A stretch of DNA of 62,316 bases, the filler included. It is 5 parts of 5 records of this genome, joined end to end, with 100 filler letters (N's around TTAATTAATTAA, not from the genome) between each part and the next. Parts side by side here need not be neighbours in the genome. Positions count along the whole stretch, not along the records: positions 1 to 31,955 come from SRR31156797_11178; 4 more parts are not named here. One strand, written 5' to 3'. Within the stretch, counting starts at the first letter, position 1. Every line of letters begins with the position of its first letter. The translations under genes were made by a program, and so were the position numbers. Positions 14,001-26,000 of this stretch are shown piece by piece. The notes beneath the pieces were generated by a model that was given only the letters and a program-made list of their open reading frames with translations, did no database searches and was not told the origin of the DNA.

Positions 14001-17000
14001 ATTTGCAGGCTTACCTGCAGGTTCTTATCCAATTTGGGTACGCCGAAAAGGAACGAGCTGCGAAGCGTTTGTAAATGACTATGTTACCATTACAGAACCT
14101 GTAAGTGGTATCAGCGTAAACTTAAATTCAAAAACGAACCTGTCATGCTATGATGATAACATTGGGACAATTGATATTACAGTCGATGGAGGGTCTCCGG
14201 TTTATAGCTTTGATTGGAGAAATAAAGACAATAATGTTCAGGTAGCCAATACTGAAGATATTTCTGGTCTGGTAGCAGGAACCTATGAAGTAACTGTAAC
14301 AGATGCGCTAGGATGTTCAAGCACATTCGAAGAAACAATTACTTCACCAGCTGCATGGAATGTTATTTTAACAACAACAGATAATACCATACCAAATACA
14401 GATTTAGGTGCTACACCAAATGGTTCAGCTCTATTGTCACCGGTTTCAGGAGGAAGTACACCTGCTAGTTATACCTACGATTGGTATGTGGAGGATGCTC
14501 CAGGCGCAGGTACCTACTCATTGTTCTCAACTGATGTAACAACTACGGCATACAACAATTTACTTCCTGCCAATTATTATGTAAGAATTACAGGTGGTGT
14601 AATAGGTTGTGAGTACTTTGAATATTTTACAATTGGAGATACTTCCAAGCCATTAGCTATCACAGCTTCAGCGACTGATATTGTATGTGATGGTGAAGGA
14701 GGAACGGTTACCGTAACGATGACATCAGGAACACCTCCTTATGACATTAGTATTCAAAGAGGAGGAGATCCAATTCAAACGATTACTACTTCTAATAGCA
14801 CTTATACGTTTACCAATCAGTTATCTGGTAATTATTCGATTTCAGTAACAGATGACTTAAGTGGTAATGTCACTGATGTAGCCACAATTGTAGCTGCTCC
14901 GGTTATAAGTATTACAGGTAATACTTCACCGCAAAACGGATGTTTAGCTGAGGTGAGTGCTACTGCTACCGTAGTGAATGATGTGGATTATATAGGAACA
15001 TGGACAGTGCCAACAGGTGCTGCAGCTTTACCTGTTGTTGATCCTGTAATTAGTGGTGTAGTAGTAGCCAATAATGTAACGCTACCTGGTGAATATACCT
15101 TTACAGTTACACACCGAACAGATGGTTGTTCGGAATTCATAACTATTGATGTTCCCGAACCTTCATTTACATTGGCAGAAGATGTTAGTCAGCATAAGGA
15201 TGTTACTTGTTTTGGTGGCAGTGATGGTTATATTTCAGTTATTGCCTCAGGTCGCGAACCCGGACATTTGTTTACCTATGTTTGGAGCGATGGAACCAAT
15301 ACATATAATACAGGGACATCTCCATCGATCGGAGCCAGTGACCCTGTAACAGCAGGAACCTGGAGTGTAGAAGTAACTTCGGAAGATGGATTCTGTACAA
15401 AAACATTAGGCGGTATCATCGTTGATGGTCCTAATAATCCATTAACGATTTCAGCTTTAACTGTAAACGATATTACTACTTGCAGTGCAGATACAATTGG
15501 AAGCATAGAAGTGGTGGTTTCAGGAGGAACTTATCCATATACTGTAGAGTTAAGTTCGGGTTCAGAGACTATAAGTAGAACTGCCGCTAAAACGATTTTT
15601 ACTTTTGCGAATCTGGAAGCCGGTGACTATGTATTGAATATTACAGATGGTTATGGCTGTACTATCGCCCCTCAGAATATTACCATTGATGCACCAGAGG
15701 AAATTGTGGTAAGTAATTTTACCGGAGGTATTTCCTGTTCCGGAGCTAATGATGGTTATATTAGTTTTGATATTGAAGGTGGTTTAGCTATTGCCAATGC
15801 AAATATTTACAGAGTCAGAATTGCAGGTGATAATGGCTATTATCAGGAGTTCAATGTGACCAATCCTGATGCCACTTTACCATTTTCATATAATACAACT
15901 GCAGGCTTAGGTGGATTGTCCGCTGATACTTACACTGTTGAGATATCAGATGCACAAGCATCACCACAAAATTCTGGAATATGCCCAAATCCGGCATTTA
16001 CCGGTATCGCTAACTTGTCTCAAATCCAAATAAGCGGTCAAATTAAAGATAAAACATGTCCGGGAGGTGCCTATAATGGAGAAATATATAACGCACGAAT
16101 TACAGGTGGTTCCGGAGATTATTCATGGACTTGGACCGGGCCGAATGGTTATTCAAAAGTAGGTGTAGGTGATGTCATTAGTATATTCAATTTAGATATT
16201 GGTGATTACGAAATTGAAGTTACTGATAATGTGCGTGGGTGTACTGTAACGTCATCAGCAGGACAGTTTGAAATAGAACATCAAAGAGCACTGATTATTA
16301 CTGATTATAATGCGAAGGATATTTCCTGTTTCGGTGGAAACGATGGATTCATTGTTGATATTGAGACCAACAGTTCAGATCCGGCTTCATTAAACTATGT
16401 ATGGTTAGGTGTTGATCCTGCTAATACAACTTTAAGTGAACAAACCGATTTAACAGCGGGATATTATAAAGTAAGTATAACGGATGCAGACGGATGTTTG
16501 GATTCTATGGTGGTTGAGTTAGAAGAGCCGGATCAGCTATATTTTGAGTTAAAAAATACCTTAAGCTGTTCTCCTTTTAATCAGCGTATCTATGTAGATA
16601 ATTTAGCTGGAGGTAATGGAAATATTGCTAATTACGTTTATGAATGGAGAGATCCGGATGGTAATTTAATTGCGGATAACGATGACGAAATTAATGTAAG
16701 TAGAAAAGGCAATTACACCTTAACGATTACTGATGAAAGCGGAGATTGTTCTTTATCAAGAGTCATTAATGTGGCAGGGAAAATTAATATTTCCTTAGAC
16801 CGTCAGGAAGATATTACTTGTAATGGAGGAACAGGACTAATTGAAATTAGTGCCAGCGGCGGTGCAGCTGATAACTTGTTCACCTATAACTGGCAACAGG
16901 AAACTGCTGCAGGAGTCTGGACAGATGTTGATGCACTGGGAAGTCCATTGGTAAATGGAAGTCCGGTATTAAGCAATGCACCAGCTGGAATATACCATGT

Positions 17001-20000
17001 TGTGGTAACAGCTGTATCTGTAGGGTGTAGTGAAACATCTTTAAGTTATGATTTAGCTGCAACAGAACCAGATCCGTTAACTATTGTGAATGTTACACCA
17101 AAACATATCTCCGGATGTAAAGGTGATTTGGCAGGAGAGATATCCCTTCAGGTTAGTGGAGGAAGTGGAGTTTATAGTTTGGATTATAACGAGGATGGAA
17201 TAACTGACCAGACTTCAAATAATGGAAACTTTTCTGTTATAGGTTTGGCTGCAGGAACTTATCAGTTGAGAGTAACGGATAGCAATGGCTGTTTTACAAC
17301 GCCGGCATTACAATCAGTTACCATAAACGAACCGGAGGAATTAATCATTACTGTGGATAATGTTGCCACAACTATTGATTGTTCAGCAGCAGGTACAGGA
17401 GTTATTCAATTTGCAGTTTCAGGAGGTAATAAAGTAGCTGGAAATCCTCAATACAAAGTTTTAGTAACAGGTCAAGCTGAAAGAACGGTAACTAATGATG
17501 GACAGGTTCAAACCTATTCTAACCTGAATGCCGGTGTTTATACTATCACTGTGGAGGATATGCTGGCAAGTGAGCCAAATGCTTGTTCTCAACTAACAGA
17601 AGTAGTAAGCCTTGAACATATCGATATTACATCCGATCCTATTATTAACGTTACTTGTAAAGGGTCGCAAGATGGAGAAATTAACGGCATTCTAATCGCC
17701 GGAAGTTCAGGAGACTATAGTTTTGCATGGACTACACTGGACGGTGGTTTAGGTTTGGATAATTCTACATTAAATCAGGCAGGCTTATCCATAGGAACTT
17801 ATCGTTTGACAATTACGGATAATATTAGATTATGTAGTGTATCAAAAGATTTTTCAATTATTTCGGATAATAATTTATCTATGGCGCCTACTATTAGAGA
17901 TGTAAGTTGTAATGGAGGTACTGATGGAGCGATTAATATTGTGCCGAATGGCGTTGTTAACCCAACTTATACCTGGAGTGGTCTTGGAATTGTCAATCCA
18001 AATAATCAAAATCAGATTGGTTTAGCAGCTGGTAATTATAGCGTAAAAATGCTGGCAACCATTAATGGAAAAACGTGTGAGGTAGATTCAGCATTTACCA
18101 TTAATGAGCCTGTAGCAATTACGTTTGATACGAGATATGAAATCAGCAGCTGTGAGCCTTATGAAAGAACCTTAGTTGTTGAAAACGAAAATGGAGGAGC
18201 AGGTAATTATACCTATTCATGGGGAGGTCCTGCATTTACACCTGAAATACCGGTTGATCCAACAAATGTGTTAATCACTAAAGGTGGAAATTATACGATT
18301 ACCGTAAGGGATGAAAATCAATGTGAAGTCTCTAAAACATTATCAGTACCATTAGAAATTAGCATTGATACTACTATTAATGATGTGACTTGTAGTGGAG
18401 GTTTAAATGGATCAATAGTGATTAATAGTATAACCGGAGGTTCAGGTAACTTTAGTTATTTGTGGACAACAACTTCGGGACATGTGTTTACGGATAATAC
18501 ATTATTAAATCAGGATAACTTAAGAGCTGGAACATATACTTTAAGAATTACGGATAATATCGAAGACGATGGAAGTGCATGTTTCAAAGAATATACATGG
18601 ACACTAGAACCTAAGAATCCGATCTTAATTACGCCTTCTGTAATAGAACCTTCTTGTTATGGTGCAAGTGACGGACAGATTGAAGTTTCCATAGAAGGAG
18701 GAACAGCTCCATATACTTATAATTGGAGTCCTGTTGTCGGCGATAATTTAGCCGCCAATAAAAATCAGTACGATTTACCTGCTGGTGATTACAATGTTAC
18801 AGTTACAGATGCTAATGCCTGTATAAGTACATCTACCATCTCAGTTAATCAGGATGATCAGATAGTGCTAAGTACAAATGTAACTGAAACTTTATGTGAT
18901 GGAACTGCAGGAGCAATTGATTTAACGGTTACAGGTGGTTCAGGAAGTGGTTTCTCTTATAACTGGAGTTCTTCAGATGGTTCTGGTCTATCTGTTAATG
19001 CAGAAGATCAAAGTGGATTAAGCGGAGGAACATATAGGGTAGAAGTATCAGATAATGGACCGGGACGTAGTTGTACAGCAACCACCTTGGTTACTTTAAC
19101 TGATGCCATTGAAGTGATTAATGAAGTAGTTACTTCTGTTTCATGTTCAGGCAATGATGATGGATCTATCAGTTACGATGTAATAGGTGGTGATGGTGTT
19201 TATACCTATTCATGGAATGTTATTTCAGGCGATGATACTAGGATTGTAGATGGCGCTCAAAATCAGAGTGGATTAAGTGAAGGAATTTATGAGGTAACGA
19301 TTACAGATGGAAGAACAGATGCGACACCTTCAGATTGTGCCATAACACATACATTCACCATCGTTCCAACTACTGGTTTAGTTGTGAATGTGGCTGTTTG
19401 GGATTCCCGAATTTGCTTTGGCGAGCCTGGCGGAAGTCTGAAAGCGGCTGTTACAGGTGGTTCTGGTGACTATAGCTATTACTGGAATGGTACTTTAGGA
19501 ACAGATTCTCTTGGGGATCTGACACAAGGTAACTATGGATTAAGAGTTGTTGATAATGTACTGGGCTGTGAATTCCTTGATTCATATGAAGTGAAAGGAC
19601 CATTGGCTGGTTTAAGCATTGACAATGTTGTTGTAACTGATGTACTTTGTCGTGGAGAAGCTACCGGAGCTATTGATGTTACGGTATCAGGAGGAACATT
19701 GCCTGCTACTGGATACATTTATTCCTGGACAGGAGGAACGAGTGTAGCAACAGGTAGTAATCCAACGAATTTATTAGCAGGAACATATAATTTAACTGTT
19801 ACTGATGCGAATGGTTGTGAAATACATTCGGGAGATATAGTTGTAGAAGAACCTGCAACTCATATTAAAGTTGATAATCCTCAAATTACAGATGTGTCTG
19901 TTCCTTCTGGCTCAGATGGCCAGATATTAGTAGATGTGTATGATGGAACAGCACCTAGATCTGTTGAATGGTTTGATGCTACAGATGTTTCAATTGGAAA

Positions 20001-23000
20001 TGTGAATCCAATAGTCGGGTTAGGTTCAGGAACTTACAGAGTGGTAGCTACTGATGCCAATGGATGTTTAGCTGAGTTATCGGGAATTCGGGTTGTAGAA
20101 CCAGGAGAACCATTAGCTTTTGAAAAAACGGTGCATCAGATCAGTCCATGTAGGGATGATGATAGTGGAGAGATTAATATCAATAGAGTGTTTGGAGGAT
20201 TTCCAATCAACGGCGATACTTATGATATTAATATAACCGGTCCCGGCACCAATATTAATACACAGGGAACCAGTTATACTTTATCAGGTTTAGCTCCAGG
20301 AACCTATCGTGTAACTGTATCAGACAATGTTCCGGTTACTTATTTCGAAGATATTGTTATTGGAGAACCTAATGAACTATTGTTAACCACAACAAAAGTA
20401 AGCGATGTTACTTGTTTTGGTACGGCGACAGGTGAAATACAGGTTGAAGTTTCCGGTGGACTTCCTGATGCAGGAGGAAACTACTTAGTAGAAATAAGAA
20501 GTACTGAAGGTTATTTTGCATCCAAAGCTGATGTAAAAGCCAATACTCCATTTAGTTTTACAAACCTTCCTTCAGGGGATTATACCGTTACGGTATTAGA
20601 TCATGCTGAGGATTTTGATACTAAAGTTCCGGATCGTAACAACTGTCAGAAATCTGACTTTACATATATTGTAGAACCTGCTGCCAGCGTTAAACTAACT
20701 TCTAGCGGAGCCACTGCAATATGTGTAGGAGAGCAGGTTGATCTGGCTATTGAAACCTCTAATTGGGATTTTAGCACACAAGGGAATCTAAATGTAACTG
20801 TATATGATGATTTTACATCGACTACCTATTTAGTTGACCAATCACCTTACCTAATTTCTGCAAGCCCTGGTTCTAGCAGAACATTTGAAGTAACTTTAGT
20901 TGAGGATCCTTTAAATGCAGGATGTTTATTTGGTGAAACAACAGGTAATCAGGTTCAGGTAACAGTTCATGAACTTCCTACAGCAAATATTACCGGTCCA
21001 ACGGAAGTGTGCGAAGATGGTTCTGTAGAATTATCAGTATCCTTTACCGGTAAAAAACCATTTAGTTTTACCTGGTCAGATAGTAATAATGGTACGTCCG
21101 GCAACATGATCGTATATGGAAATGATACCACATTCACCGATATACCTGTATCAAATGCCAGTTATACGATTTTAACAGTATCTGATGATAATGGATGTAA
21201 CAATACGGGTAATGGACAAGTGGATGTGAATATCAATACCAAACCTGTTGTTACATTAACAGGAAGCACTGATATTTGCATTGGAGACAATACGGATCTT
21301 ACGCTTACATTTAATGAGGATATATCACCTTATATTGTTAGTTATAAGGCCAATGAGCTTGAAGGAACATTAGTGATTAATAGTTTAAGTGCATTAAGCT
21401 ATACATGGAATGTAGCACCAACGGATTCTACTACTTATGTTATTACAAGAGTGGTTAATGGAAACGGATGTGAAATGGATATTACTGATCCTGCTCCGGC
21501 TACCTTACAAGCAACTGTAATTGTAGATCAACTACCGGAAGCATTAACAGCAATAACAAGTGCATCCTATTTAGGTGAAATATGTCAGGGAGCATCAGGT
21601 ATTGATTACTCCATTGCACCGGTTAATTATGCGACTAACTATGTATGGTCTGCAGATCCTGATATGACGATTACAACGGGTAATGGTACAACAAATATAA
21701 CGCTTGATGTCACCAGAACATTTACGGGAGGATATATTCGTGTTTATGCAGAAAATGCTTGTGGTACGAGTCCTGTTATAGAGCGATGGGTGAATGCGAA
21801 GGTTTTACCTGATGCGATTGTTGTGGCACCTACCGGAGATATCAATCTTTGCGAAGGAGAAACCGGAATCATGTACAGCATTACACCTACGCAAAATGCA
21901 ACATCATATGAGTGGGATTTACCAACCGGTTTTAGTTTTCAAGGTGATAGTACTGGAACATCTATTATTGTAAATCTAGATCCTTTAGTACCATCAACAG
22001 TTGGAGATATTAGAGTACGACCAATTAATGATTGTGGTAATAATGAACCTTGGTCGCCTGCATTAACCGTTACTGTTACACCTTTACCGGTTCCTGATGC
22101 AGGAGAGGATGAAAGGATATGTCAAACTACTTATACGTTAAATGCAACACCATTGGGAGCAGGGTATAGTGGTCTATGGGAAATTTTAGAAGGTTCCGGT
22201 CAGTTTGTGAACCGACCTGTTGACCAGGTTCAGGCGAACGCTCAGATTTATAATCTGTCACAAGGTATTAATACTTTTGTTTGGACTGTGACTAATGATG
22301 TAACAGGTTGTTCATTATCTGATACCGTAAATATCTTTAATGATCAGCTTACAGTGAATGCAATGGCTTCTAAGGATAAAGTTTGTGATGGAACTGTAGT
22401 TTTGGATGGAACACCATTAAGTTCATTTGTAGGTGCTGACGAAGCTTATTGGTCAACAAGTGGAGGAGGATTTATTGTTTCTTCTACCAATGAAAATACA
22501 CAAGTGAACAATCTTGATCCGGGAGATAATACATTTACATGGACAATTAGAAAAGGAGCTTGTTATAGTACGGCTCAAGTTCAGGTCATTAATAATGAAC
22601 CTAGCGAGGCTGTTATTTACGATGCTTCGGATGTGGCTGTATTGGTATATGACCTTCCATGTCAAACTGATTTTACTACATTAAAGGGTAGTATACCTTC
22701 AGCAGAGGAAACAGGATACTGGCGAATAGAAAATGGATCATTGACAATTGATGATGTGAATAGTCCAACTATTAATATTACGAATATCGCCCAGGGAGAT
22801 CATCAAATTAGCTGGAATATATTACGAGGTGAATGTTTGTCTAAAGAAGTTGTTACCATTCGTAATAATGCTTTAACAGTTAATGCTGGTGTGGATATGT
22901 TTACTTGTGATGGAACATATCAATTGAATGGAAGCGATGAGCACCCAAGTGATGCCATTGGAATCTGGTCGATAAAAGATAATGTAGGTTCAGGTTTCTT

Positions 23001-26000
23001 TACTGACGCCAATGATCCCAAAACTATGGTTTCTGGTTTAAGTCAGGATAATAGCGGAAGAAATGTATTTACATGGACAGTTTCCAGAAATGGTTGTCAA
23101 AGCGTGGATTCGGTTGTAATTCGTAATGACCAACCGAGTAGTGCAGCCATTTCAGGTGGCAATTCAACTATTTCGGTATGTGCTGATGAGTATACCTTAA
23201 ATGCGATTCCTCCTGTTTACGGTAATGGTGCCTGGTCAATTATCGGAGGGCAAGGACGATTTGATGATCCTCTAGATCCAAAAACACGAATTTCAGATTT
23301 AGCTTATGGTGATAATATCTTAAGATGGACTGTTGCGAATAATAGTTGTTCATCTTCAGTAGAGTTCACCATCACGAACCTGCAGGTTGAGGCTTACGCA
23401 GGTGCAGATACAGCTGTTTGTGGTAAGATAGCCCAGTTACATGCCACTCCGGCACCAGATGGAGCTATAGGTGCCTGGTCGGTAGTAGATGGTTTGGGTA
23501 GTGGAGGATTTCAACCTTCAGAATACAATCCAAATGCAACCATTAGCTCATTGAGCTCTGGAACCAATGTGTTGGTTTGGTCAGTAACCAGAGGAGGATG
23601 TGAGTCTAAGGATACGGTTGTTGTAAGCAATAATGCTCCAACACCAGTACAGGCAACACAAGTTCTGGAAACTGATAATTCGTACACAGATCTTATCGCT
23701 GAAGTGCCAACCTCAGGAAATGGAGTTTGGACTTTATTAGAAGGACGAGGAGATATTATAAATCCAACATCACCTACAACCCGGGTTGAAAATCTGTTCC
23801 CGAATATAAACCGATTCAGATGGACGGTAAGTAATGTTGGTTGTGTAGAATATATAGATGTGGAAGTAACCAGTGGTGCCTTAGCACAGGCAGAAGCGGG
23901 ATGGAATCAAACGATATGTGAGGACTATACTACATTACAGGCCAATTTACCTGATAATACATTTGGAGAATGGACAGTAGAAGAAGGAGGAGCTAATTTC
24001 GGAGGTCAGTATAATAATTCCAAAGTTGATATTACGAATGTTAATCCGGGTAGAAATGTTTTCCGATGGACATTAAGATTTGTGGGTAATGGCGATCAGT
24101 TTACTACGGATACTGTGGTTATTATTAACAATAGACCTTCAGATGCATATGCCGGAATCGACGATATTTATGTTTGTGGAGATACGGCTCAGCTAAATGC
24201 GCAGCAGCCTATTTATGGTACACCTGAATGGTCTGTATTATCTGGTAGTGGTATATTTGATAGTACGGTAGATCCAAAGTCCATAATCAGGAATTTGGGT
24301 AAAGGAGAGAATATACTGAAATATGAAATAACCAACGGTATCTGTCATTCTTATGACACGATCAGTGTATATAATACAGAACCGTCAGATGCGTTCGCCG
24401 GAGAAGATTTAGTGGTGTGTACCGATTCTGCAGAGATACGCCCTATCATTCCACAATATGGTGTTGGTAAATGGCGTGTGTTAAAGGGTTCCGGTAAAGG
24501 AAAGGATGAGTTTGGAAATTATACCGATGAAATTACAGGTACTTATGTACATGCTTTATCACCAGGTGAGAACGTATTGGTTTGGGAAGTTCAGGTTCCG
24601 GGATCGCCGGCTAGTTGTGTAAAACGTGACAGTATTACAATTATCAACAACCAGCCAACAACTTCATTTGCTGGTCAGAACAGGGCGATATGTACAGACT
24701 CTGTTACTCTGTCTGCCAATACGGTAGAATATGGTATTGGTACCTGGACGTTGATATCCGGATCGGGAATCATTGAAGATGACTTGCAGCAAAATACTAT
24801 TGTTCGAGGATTAGGTAAAGGTGTAAATCGATTCAGATGGACAATTGATAATAATGGTTGTACTTCTGTTTCCGACGTTGAAATTTCCAATAATTTATTG
24901 GAAGCCTTTGCTGGTTACGATCAGATTAACTGTGCAGATACGGCTCGATTAGAAGCAAACAATCCATCTCCGGGAGTAGGTTCTTGGGGAGTATTGGGAG
25001 GATCTGGTTCTGCTAGTTTTGAGGAGAGTGATAGCCCGTATACCAATGTACATGGTTTAGATAAAGGAGAAAATATCCTTACATGGACGATTGATTACAA
25101 AGGTTGTCAGTCTGTAAGTCAGGTTTCCATTACTAATAATGAGCCATCAGTGGCCTATGCCGGAGACAATAAAGCAACTTGTAATAACTCAATTGTGCTG
25201 GGAGCCTCTATGCCAACAGTTGGTACAGGTAGCTGGACAATTCGTACCGGAGGAGGTGATTTTACAGATGATTTTAATCCATCTACACTTGTCGAAAACC
25301 TTAGGTTCGGAAAGAATGTATTCCGATGGACTGTGGATAACGAAGGATGTAAATCATATGATGATGTAGAAATTGCTTTTAATAGAATTGATGCCAATGT
25401 GGGTGGTCGCCAGGATATATGTTCCGACAGAACCTTCTTGGAAGCTAATAGCGCATTACCAGGTAGAGGAACATGGACAGTAGAAGGAGGTTCCAGCCAG
25501 GCTAAGTTTATCGATTCGCACGATCCAACCACAGAGGTGTTTGATCTGGCTAAAGGAGATAACTTATTACGTTGGACAATCAATTATCAAGGTTGTATTA
25601 CATATGATACAGTTAGGGTGGTGAATCATACCCCAAGTACTGCATATGCTGGTAATACACAGGAAATATGTGAAGAATATACAACGCTTGATGCCACACC
25701 GGTAAGTATTGGTACAGGTAGATGGGAAATTTTAACCGGAGCTGCAGTTATTACAGCTTCTGAAGCATTGATGCCTAAAGCCAACATTACAGGTCTTTCG
25801 AAAGGAGACAATGTGTTTAGGTGGCTTGTGACCAGTGATAATGGTTTATGTACCTCGTACGATGATGTACTGGTCATCAACAATAAACCTTCTGTACCTT
25901 ATGCAGGTAAGGACGAAGAGTATTGTTCTCCTACAGTTGTGTTGAAGGCGGCTGTTCCTGATTTTGGTTCAGGTAACTGGTCTATACTTGAAGGTGGGGG

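Noticed and set aside
23746-23754. RGD tripeptide in the adhesin
   Set aside because: One RGD in 8545 aa is expected by chance, and it sits at the G.G.F position of a structural repeat.
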